The position numbers and the translations under genes are program-made. DNA of 64,000 bases from Flavobacterium sp. UBA5153 (GTDB lineage: Bacteria; Bacteroidota; Bacteroidia; Flavobacteriales; Flavobacteriaceae): NCBI RefSeq assembly GCF_002413745.1, contig NZ_DHXP01000073.1. The stretch is one strand, 5' to 3'. The notes under the pieces are model-generated. The model had not been told where the DNA came from, searched no databases, and was given only the letters and a program-made list of their open reading frames with translations. Positions 9,068 to 17,920 of this stretch are shown here, piece after piece (the stretch's first letter is position 1; every line of letters begins with the position of its first letter).

Positions 9068-10903
9068 TTAATCAATTATTTTATCTTGATGAATTTGTAA
9101 TAAGTTATCAGTTATCGTTGTGAAGCCAGCTAAAATTTCACTTAATTCAGATACATTTTCATACTCATACATTGAATCATCATAATATCTTTCATAATAA
9201 TCTTCATCCATTTGTTCAGAAGGGTCAAATGCACTTAAATACTTATCTTGATATTGATATATGAATGGTTTTTTCCTTAATCCTTTTCGGCACACAACAA
9301 CTTTAAGTGTTCCTCCAATTTCTTGACCATTGATTTGCAATTTAATATCCAACCTAATAAACTGAAAGTTGATAGCTGTAATTTTAACATTCTTTATAAT
9401 TTGTTTAAATATAGATTGTAGTTTGTTTCTATCATTTTTGGCTTGTTTTAAAATGCTATCGTCAAGTTTAATTTTTGATAGATTCTTTAAAGATTTTTTA
9501 TTTGATTCAAGTTGTTTTGTTTGTGTTGAAAGTTGAACTGATAGGTTATTTGATATTGATATTAATTCAGCTTTTTTAATATTGTGTCGTGTTTTTGATG
9601 CAACTTTAACATCTTCAGTATCATTTTCGTTTTCATCAAGGTAAGCATTAACCAACTTGTCGATTTTAATTTCATTTTGTTTTATCTCTTTTTCAATAAA
9701 TGGAATTGATGTTTCAAGTAAACTTATTTTATTAGTAATATCTATTTTGATACTGTCAGTATCATTTAAGTATTTTAATACAGTTGGAGATTTACAAAGT
9801 ATGTTATATATTGAACTATCAACAAGGTCAATATTCACACCTAAATTCGCACAAGGTTTAACATCATTTACAACCCTTGACGAACAAACATACACTTGTT
9901 TTAAATCTGATACTTGATGCGTATAATTACGACCACATACACCGCATGTAGTTAAATATTGAAGTAGTATAACATTCTTTGTATGTATATTTCTACCATT
10001 CCCTTTTTTACCTAGACGTATATCAGTACATTCATCAAATATTTTTTTTGATATAATTGCTATATTTGGTGCATCGAATGGTTCAGAATTATCAATTAAT
10101 TTCCCATTAGCATCTTTTCTTTTTTTCTTTTTGAATATTCGTTTACCATAGTATATAGTATTTGTTAAAATGACATATATTTGATTTGCTGTCCATTTAA
10201 TATTATTAGCTTGTTTGCCTTTATATTCTTTGTCTTCGAATGCTTTATTGGTTCTTGTTGGTATATTATCTTTGTTTAATTCCTTTGCAATATGCCCCAT
10301 TCCAAAACCTTGTTTATATTGTTCAAAAATCAATTGAATTATCTTTGATTCTTCTTTATCAATTGCCAGTTTTTTATGTTCATCTTTTAAATATCCATAA
10401 GGTTGCATTAGTCCACCAGTTACACCACCATCAAAAATTTTTTGTTTCAATCCAGATGAAGCCCTAGATTTAAAAACATCAATTTCAATTTGAGCAAAAT
10501 CCATCAACAACCCAAGTACAGCGAATTTTGTTTTATCAATACTACCGTCAGGATTTAAGAAATGTGAACCACCATTTGTTGATGTTACACACACATCAAT
10601 ACCTTGTTCAAGTAGGTTAGTTACTATTATTCTTGCCTCAATAGGTTTTCTTCCTACACGAGAAAGTTCAGTAACGTAAAGACATTTATAAAATTTGGGT
10701 TTAGATTCAACTTTATTTAAAAAACGTGTTAACTCGGGTCTCTCTTTTGAACCTTTGAAACCACTTATTTTTTCAGCATAAACATCAATATTTATTTCAT
10801 TTTCTTTATACTGACTATGTATATACTTTGTTATATCTGTTATTTGTCGTTCAAACATTTGATTTTTTGTTGAGACCCTTACATAAATTGCTAAATTTAC
10901 CAT
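9068..10903 (-). CDS. Large serine recombinase (integrase)
   Basis: N-terminus MVNLAIYVRVSTKNQMFERQ (start ATG at 10903). Recombinase domain, zinc ribbon (CGVCGRNYTH...YVCSS) and a long coiled-coil C-terminus. 611 aa. Confidence 0.85.
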   Translation of the reverse strand: MVNLAIYVRVSTKNQMFERQITDITKYIHSQYKENEINIDVYAEKISGFKGSKERPELTRFLNKVESKPKFYKCLYVTELSRVGRKPIEARIIVTNLLEQGIDVCVTSTNGGSHFLNPDGSIDKTKFAVLGLLMDFAQIEIDVFKSRASSGLKQKIFDGGVTGGLMQPYGYLKDEHKKLAIDKEESKIIQLIFEQYKQGFGMGHIAKELNKDNIPTRTNKAFEDKEYKGKQANNIKWTANQIYVILTNTIYYGKRIFKKKKRKDANGKLIDNSEPFDAPNIAIISKKIFDECTDIRLGKKGNGRNIHTKNVILLQYLTTCGVCGRNYTHQVSDLKQVYVCSSRVVNDVKPCANLGVNIDLVDSSIYNILCKSPTVLKYLNDTDSIKIDITNKISLLETSIPFIEKEIKQNEIKIDKLVNAYLDENENDTEDVKVASKTRHNIKKAELISISNNLSVQLSTQTKQLESNKKSLKNLSKIKLDDSILKQAKNDRNKLQSIFKQIIKNVKITAINFQFIRLDIKLQINGQEIGGTLKVVVCRKGLRKKPFIYQYQDKYLSAFDPSEQMDEDYYERYYDDSMYEYENVSELSEILAGFTTITDNLLQIHQDKIID

Positions 10904-10951
10904 CTGAAAAAGTTTAAATTCAATTACAAATATAATTAAATAAATCAAAGT

Positions 10952-11494
10952 ATGGTTCACTTATGCTTGCTCCGTGGCATCAATGTTTCCGGACACAATA
11001 TGATAAAAATGGAGGCTTTGAAAACGACTTTAGAAGCCATTGGTTTCGAAAATGTGCAAACCTATGCACAATCTGGAAATGTTTTTGTGGATACCAATGA
11101 AGAAAATGCTGCCAAGGTAGGTTTCCAAATCAAGCAGGAAATCTTCAAGGTTTTTGGTCACGAAGTTCCGGTCGTGGTTATTGGCAAAACAGATTTAGAA
11201 TCCTGTTTGAAGAACAATCCTTTTTTGAAAGAGGCGGCTATGGATTCCAAGAAATTATACGTGGCTTTTGTTTCTATGGAGTTACGAAGCGACAGTATCA
11301 ACGATTTGAGAATTAGCCAATTTAAACCCGACGAAGCCAGTATTGACTCCAGTCGGATCTACATTAAATATGCCGTTGGTGCTGGAAAAACAAGGTTTGA
11401 CCAAAAATATATTGAAAAAAGATTGAATGTAACGGCGACGATTAGGAACTGGAATACGGTGAGGCAATTGTTGAAAATGTTTGAAGAGAAATAA
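10952..11494 (+). CDS. DUF1697 domain protein
   Basis: LLRGINVSGHNMIKMEALK...QTYAQSGNVF is the typical DUF1697 N-terminus. Confidence 0.8.
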   Translation: MVHLCLLRGINVSGHNMIKMEALKTTLEAIGFENVQTYAQSGNVFVDTNEENAAKVGFQIKQEIFKVFGHEVPVVVIGKTDLESCLKNNPFLKEAAMDSKKLYVAFVSMELRSDSINDLRISQFKPDEASIDSSRIYIKYAVGAGKTRFDQKYIEKRLNVTATIRNWNTVRQLLKMFEEK

Positions 11495-11517
11495 ATAATC
11501 GTATAAGTGATAAATGT

Positions 11518-11575
11518 TGTCAAGTCGGGCACATTCAAGACCAAACGTTGAATCTCGATTGCGCCAGACTTGACA
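11518..11575. repeat. Nested hairpin between convergent genes
   Basis: TGTCAAGTCGGGC / GCCAGACTTGACA form a 13-bp stem with 1 mismatch. An inner ATTCAA...TTGAAT pair sits in the loop. No T-run follows. Confidence 0.6.
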
Positions 11576-11682
11576 GTTAAAGAGATTAAGGACAGAATTA
11601 GTGGAAATTTGTGTAATTCGTAGCGAAGAGCATCCAATACGAATCGTCTTAAAAAACCTTTTTTTAATAGTTCAAAAACAAC

Positions 11683-12417
11683 CTATTTCCCCACCAAATC
11701 ACAATACCAAAACCCAAAATCAAAAGCATCGGAAGTATTGCTGTCGCAAGCTGTATCCGAAGAATCCTCTTTCGGTTTTTCGTATTTTCGATACACGACT
11801 TCGCCAATTTCAAAGTCTATGGGCTTGGAGAAAATAGGGCCGTCAAAAGTGAAAGTGTGGAATTCTCCGTTCTCGCCGCAAACATCCACGTTTTTGGGCA
11901 AATCGTTGATGAAATCTTGATCGATGACGCGACCCACAAAACTTTTGTCCAGAAAACGCTCGTTGACACAAACCACAATGGTTTTAAAACCCAGACTTAT
12001 AAATTCCTGTATTAGGTTTTGGGTTGGAATTTTCCAAAGCGGGAATACGCCTTCAAAACCTATTTCGGACAATTTATCTTCCCGATATTTTCGTAAATCC
12101 TCCAGAAAAATATCTCCAAAAACAGAATGGGTGACGCCTTGGTCTTTCAGTTTTACCAATATTTCCCGCATCACCTTTTCATAGACTTCCATCGAAGGCA
12201 TTTCGGGAATTTGCATAATTTCAAGCGGTAACCCGATGCTTTCGGCTTGTTGTTCCAGTAATTCTACCCGAACGCCGTGCATAGAAATGCGCTGAAACTG
12301 TTGGTTTACGCTCGTGAGTAAACAGGCAATATCAAATTCTTGATCTTGCACTATTTTGTATAAGGCCAGCGCGGAATCTTTTCCGCTGCTCCAGTTAAAT
12401 AAGGCTTTCTTTTTCAA
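11683..12417 (-). CDS. Dph6-related PP-loop ATP pyrophosphatase (DUF71/MJ0570 family)
   Basis: N-terminal FNWSSGKDSALALYK PP-loop motif. 244 aa. Confidence 0.75.
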   Translation of the reverse strand: MKKKALFNWSSGKDSALALYKIVQDQEFDIACLLTSVNQQFQRISMHGVRVELLEQQAESIGLPLEIMQIPEMPSMEVYEKVMREILVKLKDQGVTHSVFGDIFLEDLRKYREDKLSEIGFEGVFPLWKIPTQNLIQEFISLGFKTIVVCVNERFLDKSFVGRVIDQDFINDLPKNVDVCGENGEFHTFTFDGPIFSKPIDFEIGEVVYRKYEKPKEDSSDTACDSNTSDAFDFGFWYCDLVGK

Positions 12418-12484
12418 TGGGATTTTCTTATGGTTTTTGTAGTTGTAAATTTAAACTATTAATTTGTTGTGCTGAATATTTTGT

Positions 12485-12505
12485 GTAGAGACTATGCGTC
12501 TCTAC
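12485..12505. repeat. REP-like hairpin GTAGAGAC-TATGC-GTCTCTAC
   Basis: Perfect 8-bp stem. It shares the 9-mer ATGCGTCTC with the palindromes inside the adjacent Y1 transposase gene. Confidence 0.7.
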
Positions 12506-12640
12506 GTCGTACGTTTCTGCAAATCTAATCGGTTAAAAAATCTGGGGTTATTTTGAATTCTTGCTTTAGAATTTATAGCAATAAAATGCTTACTTTTATT
12601 GCTTTCATCTTTTTGCAAATTAACAAAACCCTTTGATTAA

Positions 12641-13367
12641 ATGTCATTATTCAAAAACAAATACAGAATTGAATCAAACCGATTGAAAGATTGGGATTAT
12701 TCCAGCAATGCCATTTATTTTCTAACTATTTGTACTTCACATAGAGAATGCATTTTCGGTTCAATTGAAAATAAAAAAAATGATTTTAAATGAAAAGGGG
12801 AATATCGTCGAAGAAGAAATTCTAAATTCCATAAAAATCAGGGAAAATTGGATTTTTCATAATTGGAAAGTTATGCCAAATCACGTCCATTTATTGATTG
12901 AAATAAACAAACCGTTTATCCAAAAATGGAATTATTCTATAAAAACAATTTTGCAAGAGGATATAGATATTGAATTAGAAAATTTAGTTCTTTTCAATAA
13001 AAATTTTGAAACACAATCCAAAGAGACGCATAGCAATGCGTCTCAACAATCCGTTAAAAAAAAATCTAAAGAGATGCATAGCAATGAGTCTCAACAGAAT
13101 AAACTAACGGATGAAAATGAAAATAGCACAAAAAAATTATCAAGGAGGCCAAGATCGATTTCCTCATTTGTTGGAGGAATTAAAGGTACCGTTACATCAA
13201 AAATCAATGAATTAAACAATCTTTTCGAAGGTTCAATTTGGCAATCTAATTTTCACGACCATATTGTAAGAAGTTATGAGGAATTCAAAACTGTCTATTA
13301 CTACATAGAAAACAATCCGAAGAATTGGGAAGATGACACTTTTAATCCAATAAATTCTAAAAAATAA
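12641..13367 (+). pseudogene. REP-associated/IS200-like Y1 tyrosine transposase (RAYT-like), interrupted by a frameshift in an A8 run
   Basis: The ORF from ATG 12641 (MSLFKNKYRIESNRLKDWDYSSNAIYFLTICTSHRECIFGSIENKK) stops at 12791. The family continues in the next frame (MILNEKGNIV...WKVMPNHVHLLIE...WQSNFHDHIVR). Deleting one A from 12773-12780 fuses the two frames. Confidence 0.75.
13023..13092. repeat. Two tandem palindromic copies inside the Y1 transposase coding sequence
   Basis: GAGACGCAT-AGCA-ATGCGTCTC at 13023-13044 is a perfect 9-bp stem. GAGATGCATAGCAATGAGTCTC at 13071-13092 is a degenerate copy. They encode ETHSNASQ and EMHSNESQ. Confidence 0.8.
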
Positions 13368-13380
13368 CTTTTGATTAATT

Positions 13381-15486
13381 ATGCGCTATCTTTTTCTCTT
13401 AATTTCCACCATCACATTTGCACAACAAACTAAATTTGTTGATTTCAAATCGGTTTCCGGTCAAGTGACAATTAATCCCAAAGAAAAATCAGTTTCGGGA
13501 GCGGTTCGTTATTGGTTTGATGTTTTGAAACCCATTGACACCATCAAAATTGACGCCCAGAATATGACGTTTTCCGAGGTGGAAATGAACGAACAGAAAA
13601 TTAAATTCAGCACCAATGGGAAACAACTTTTGTTGATTTTTCCGTTCGAAAAAGGGAAAAACACAATCCGCTTTAAATATAAGGCAATCCCAAAACAGGC
13701 ATTGTATTTTGTTGGACATTTCGACTGTGCTCAGTGTGACAAATCGAATGTCATCCCGAGCGCAGTCGAGGGACAGATTTGGACGCAAGGTCAGGGAAAA
13801 TATACCAGCAATTGGTTTCCGAGTTTTGACGACGTGAATGAAAAAATGATTTTTAATTTGGAAGTCGTTTTCGACTCCAAATACCAAGTGATTTCGAATG
13901 GAAAATTAATCAATGGCAATATCAATATCAATGGCAATTTTAAAAATTGGAAATACAGTATGCAAAAACCAATGAGTTCCTATTTATTGATGCTTGCCAT
14001 CGGGAAATTCGACAAAAAAATCGAGTTTTCAAAGTCCAGAATTCCTTTGGAAATGTATTATGAACCCAATACTTTGGCCAAATTTGAACCCACTTATCGC
14101 TATTCAAAACAAATTTTCGACTTTCTGGAAAAGGAAATAGGAGTAAAGTATCCTTGGAAAATATACAAACAAATTCCGGTTCGGGATTTCCTTTATGGCG
14201 GAATGGAAAACACCTCGGCAACGCTTTTTTCCAGTCAATATGTCGTGGATTCAACCGGTTTTGAAGATAGAAATTACACGAATGTGAATGCACACGAACT
14301 GGCACATCAATGGTTTGGAGATTTGGTCACAGCCGAAAGCGGAAAAAACCATTGGCTTCAGGAAGGTTTCGCCACGTATTATGCCTTGCTGGCCGAAAAA
14401 GAAATTTATGGCGACGATTATTTTTATTCCAAATTATACAACTATGCGCAAGAACTCAAACAGGCTTCAAAAACCGATACGATTCCAATTTTGAATCCGA
14501 AAGCGAGTTCGTTGACTTTCTACCAAAAAGGAGCTTGGGCGTTGTATGTTTTGCGAGAAGGAATTGGCGAAAAAGCCTTTAGAAAATCAGTTCAAAACTA
14601 TCTCAAGAAATATTCCTTCCAGAACGTAACTACGCAGGATTTCCTTGCCGAAATCAAGAAAATTTCGGATTATGATTTGGATAATTTTTGTAAAGTATGG
14701 CTCGAAACACCTGGTTTTAATAGTCAAATTGCCAATGATTTACTTTCTAAAAATAAATCTATCCAAACGCTTTTTGAAATTGAAAAATCAAGAAATAAAC
14801 CTTTGTCCGAAAAGAAAGTGTTTTTTGCCAAAATCCTTCAATCGGATGTGTATTCGTCTGTAAAAGAAGCTATCATATATCAATTGAAAAACGAAAATTT
14901 TGAAGACTCGAAACCGTTGTTGATTCTTGCTTTGGCAACCAAAAATAGGCAAGTTCGCCAAGCGGTTGTTGGTATTTTGACTAAAATCCAGGAAGAATTT
15001 AGAACTCAATATGAAAGTCTGCTTGATGATAAATCGTATCAAACACAGGAAATCTCCTTGTATAATTTGTGGAATAATTTTCCCGAACATCGTATAGAAT
15101 ATTTGGAAAAATCAAAGAATTGGATTGGTTTCAATGATTATAATTTGAGGACTTTGTGGTTGTCGCTGGCATTGTCGACTGCTGAATATTCGGTAAACAA
15201 AGAAGGGTTAATCGATGAATTGATTAATTATTCTTCACCCAATTTTGAAGCCACGACACGACAAAATGCTTTAGAAAAACTGATTGCTTTCCATTTGATA
15301 AACGAAACAGTTTTGAAAAATTTGGTCAACGCAACGACTTCTCCTATGTGGCAATTTTCTAAATTTGGCAGAGAAAATATTCGGGCGTTGCTAAAAAATA
15401 AAGAAATGAGAATTTCATTTGAGAGAATTTTACATAATTTAGACGAAAAAGAGCAATTTCAATTGAACCGATTGTTGAAGGAGTAA
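13381..15486 (+). CDS. M1 family metallopeptidase (aminopeptidase N-like), secreted
   Basis: HELAHQWFGD (HExxH), WLQEGFATY and GGMEN motifs. N-terminal signal peptide. Confidence 0.9.
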   Translation: MRYLFLLISTITFAQQTKFVDFKSVSGQVTINPKEKSVSGAVRYWFDVLKPIDTIKIDAQNMTFSEVEMNEQKIKFSTNGKQLLLIFPFEKGKNTIRFKYKAIPKQALYFVGHFDCAQCDKSNVIPSAVEGQIWTQGQGKYTSNWFPSFDDVNEKMIFNLEVVFDSKYQVISNGKLINGNININGNFKNWKYSMQKPMSSYLLMLAIGKFDKKIEFSKSRIPLEMYYEPNTLAKFEPTYRYSKQIFDFLEKEIGVKYPWKIYKQIPVRDFLYGGMENTSATLFSSQYVVDSTGFEDRNYTNVNAHELAHQWFGDLVTAESGKNHWLQEGFATYYALLAEKEIYGDDYFYSKLYNYAQELKQASKTDTIPILNPKASSLTFYQKGAWALYVLREGIGEKAFRKSVQNYLKKYSFQNVTTQDFLAEIKKISDYDLDNFCKVWLETPGFNSQIANDLLSKNKSIQTLFEIEKSRNKPLSEKKVFFAKILQSDVYSSVKEAIIYQLKNENFEDSKPLLILALATKNRQVRQAVVGILTKIQEEFRTQYESLLDDKSYQTQEISLYNLWNNFPEHRIEYLEKSKNWIGFNDYNLRTLWLSLALSTAEYSVNKEGLIDELINYSSPNFEATTRQNALEKLIAFHLINETVLKNLVNATTSPMWQFSKFGRENIRALLKNKEMRISFERILHNLDEKEQFQLNRLLKE

Positions 15487-15503
15487 TATTTTAAACAAAT
15501 TCT

Positions 15504-16406
15504 ATGAGAGCATTAGTGATTTCGGGAGGAGGGAGCAAAGGCGCGTTTGCCGGTGGCGTGGCTCAGTATCTTTTGGAAAAAGAAAAAAATGAATACGATT
15601 TATTCATAGGGACATCATCAGGAAGCTTACTCATCTCTCATTTGGCTTTGGGAAAAATTGATAAAATCTATGGTGTTTTTACGAGGGTTCATATGGATAA
15701 AATATTCGATATCAACCCCTTTATTGTCAAGAACAAGAAAGGAATAGACGTAGTTACGGTTAACCATTTCAGTGTTATTTGGCAGTTTTTAAGAAAAAAA
15801 AGAACTTTTGGGGAAAGCAAAAATTTACAAAAATATATCAAATCCAATTTTTCTATTTCTGAATTCAACCTTTTGAAAGCTACGAAAATCGATGTTGTGG
15901 TTACCGTTACAAATATCTCAAACAATGAAGCAGAATATAAATCAATAAATGATTGTACGTATGATGAATTTTGCGATTGGATCTGGATTTCAAGTAATTA
16001 TGTTCCTTTTATGAGTTTGGCTACCAAAAATGGAAATGAATATGGTGATGGAGGTTTTTCGAGTTTGGTTCCAATTAAGGAAGCAATTAATCGTGGAGCT
16101 ACAGAAATTGACGTTATTATTTTGGAAACAGAAATTGCAGTTAGCAAAATTTCAACTGGCAAAAATCCTTTTTCATTGCTGATAGATTTGTTTAGAATTA
16201 CATTGGATCAAGTCGAAAAACAAAATATTGCATTAGGCAAACTAATCGCAAAAAATAGGAATATAAAACTTAATTTATATTATACCCAAACAAAACTAAC
16301 TGACAATTCACTTATTTTCAATACAATAAATATGAAAAAGTGGTGGAAAGAAGGATATGAATATGCTCAAAACAAGAGTGATATTATGAGCGACAATAAA
16401 CTATAA
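15504..16406 (+). CDS. Patatin-like phospholipase
   Basis: GGGSKGAFAGG oxyanion motif, GTSSGS nucleophile elbow, GDGGF. Confidence 0.85.
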   Translation: MRALVISGGGSKGAFAGGVAQYLLEKEKNEYDLFIGTSSGSLLISHLALGKIDKIYGVFTRVHMDKIFDINPFIVKNKKGIDVVTVNHFSVIWQFLRKKRTFGESKNLQKYIKSNFSISEFNLLKATKIDVVVTVTNISNNEAEYKSINDCTYDEFCDWIWISSNYVPFMSLATKNGNEYGDGGFSSLVPIKEAINRGATEIDVIILETEIAVSKISTGKNPFSLLIDLFRITLDQVEKQNIALGKLIAKNRNIKLNLYYTQTKLTDNSLIFNTINMKKWWKEGYEYAQNKSDIMSDNKL

Positions 16407-16928
16407 TTACCACAATTGTGCCACTTCATTTTTGATAAATGCCAATGCGGCGCTACTTGGAGATGGTTTTTCCAATAAATCTCTTAAAATTACTTCCCGC
16501 AATTGATTGGCATCATTTATTTTTTCATTTTTTGTGGCCAAAAGTATCATTTGTATTGTAGCATTTTTGGCAGTTGTGATTGTTGACCAACATTCGTCTG
16601 AAATATAAATTTGTTGTGCTAAATTGTGCTCATATTCTTGTTCGATTTGTGCAATTACAAAGTTTTGGTAGTCTTTTTTATCTTCTGAAATAGGCGTAAT
16701 TCGAACCAATAATTGAGATGGATTAATGCGCTCCAAAAACAAAGTCATTCGCTCATAAGCTTGTAAACGCAGTGCTAAAGTGTCAGGTTTTGTGTCTTTT
16801 TGCAATAAATATTTTCTTTTTTCAGTCTCATTTTTTGTGTACAATTCAAAGAAACTATAAGCCACAAATGCCATTATTAATGTTGGCAAAGTGTAACTTA
16901 CTAATTCTATTATTCGTGTTGAATCCAT
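16407..16928 (-). CDS. Hypothetical membrane-anchored protein
   Basis: 173-aa ORF with one N-terminal hydrophobic helix. No motif recognised. Confidence 0.5.
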   Translation of the reverse strand: MDSTRIIELVSYTLPTLIMAFVAYSFFELYTKNETEKRKYLLQKDTKPDTLALRLQAYERMTLFLERINPSQLLVRITPISEDKKDYQNFVIAQIEQEYEHNLAQQIYISDECWSTITTAKNATIQMILLATKNEKINDANQLREVILRDLLEKPSPSSAALAFIKNEVAQLW

Positions 16929-17016
16929 TGGTGATTTTTATTTTTTATTAACCAAAGACAAATTAACGAATAAACAAATAAACTTATATATTACATTTGG
17001 TAAAATTTTAATAAAA

Positions 17017-17784
17017 ATGGAAACCTACATCATTGTTATACTTTGTTTAGCCGCTTTTGCCGCTGGATTTATAGATGCCATCGTGGGTGGCGGCGGATTG
17101 ATACAAACCCCGGTTGGATTGATTATGCTGCCCAATTTTCCCGTTTCCACAGTCATTGGCACATTAAAAGTACCCGCTTTCAGCGGAACTTCCTTTGCTG
17201 CCTATCAATATCTTAAAAAAGTGGATATGAACTGGAAACTACTCATTATTATGATGCTTTTAGCATTTCCATCGGCATTTTTGGGATCGACTTTGTTGAC
17301 TTATGTGAGCAATGATTTTATGAAACCTTTATTGTTGGTTGTTCTGTCGTTTTTGGTGATTTACACTTATGCCCAGAAAAATTTTGGGCAGCATATTGTA
17401 AAAACGCATTCTGCCAGAACCCAAGTTCTTTATGCCGTCCTAATCAGTTTTGTGGTTGGTTTTTACGATGGATTCATTGGTCCCGGCACAGGAAGTTTTT
17501 TAGTTTTGGCTTTCATTGCCTTGATGGGATTTGATTTTTTGCACGCTTCCGCCAATGCAAAAATGGTCAATCTGGCGACCAATTTTGGTTCAATTTGCCT
17601 GTTTATGTTGAAAGGCAAAATCTTATGGGCAATCGCAATTCCAATGGCTTGTTGCAATGCATTTGGTGGCTGGCTTGGCGCAAAATTAGCCATCAACAAA
17701 GGGAATAAGTTTATTCGGATTTTCTTTTTGGTCGTCGTTGTTGGCACCTTGATCCGGTTTGCTTACGACGTGTTTTATAAATAG
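17017..17784 (+). CDS. TauE/SafE family sulfite exporter-like membrane protein
   Basis: 255 aa, polytopic. The N-terminus has GFIDAIVGGGGLIQ, typical of the family. Confidence 0.85.
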   Translation: METYIIVILCLAAFAAGFIDAIVGGGGLIQTPVGLIMLPNFPVSTVIGTLKVPAFSGTSFAAYQYLKKVDMNWKLLIIMMLLAFPSAFLGSTLLTYVSNDFMKPLLLVVLSFLVIYTYAQKNFGQHIVKTHSARTQVLYAVLISFVVGFYDGFIGPGTGSFLVLAFIALMGFDFLHASANAKMVNLATNFGSICLFMLKGKILWAIAIPMACCNAFGGWLGAKLAINKGNKFIRIFFLVVVVGTLIRFAYDVFYK

Positions 17785-17813
17785 TTTTAAATCTACTTTT
17801 AAAGTCCCAGTAT

Positions 17814-17854
17814 TCAGTTGCAGTGTGCGGTTGCTTGCTGAAAACTGCGACTGA
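17814..17854. repeat. Hairpin TCAGTTGCAGT / ACTGCGACTGA after the TauE gene
   Basis: 11-bp stem with one G-T pair and a 19-nt loop. Followed by CTGAAAACTG word repeats. No T-run. Confidence 0.5.
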
Positions 17855-17893
17855 AAACTGTTTACTAAACTCAATTCTTAATTCTTAAATCCT

Positions 17894-17901
17894 TATTTTT
17901 G
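17894..17901 (+). promoter_or_regulatory. Candidate Bacteroidota -7 box (TAnnTTTG) for the helicase gene
   Basis: TATTTTTG lies 20 bp upstream of ATG 17921. Confidence 0.3.
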
Positions 17902-17920
17902 CATTCAACAGAAAAATTTT

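Larger units (their letters stand above)
1..10951. mobile_element. Right-hand portion of a genomic island (left end outside window) ending at a large serine recombinase gene next to DUF1697
   Basis: All genes from 13 to 10903 are accessory-type: nuclease/helicase, DUF2779, orphan ORFs and two serine recombinases. The large serine recombinase start (10903) lies 48 bp from the DUF1697 start codon. Core-type genes begin after that. Confidence 0.5.

Noticed and set aside
11359-11837. 92-aa and 78-aa ORFs spanning the DUF1697 / Dph6-like intergenic region
   Set aside because: They overlap the ends of the flanking genes and the hairpin. They are low-complexity and have no support.
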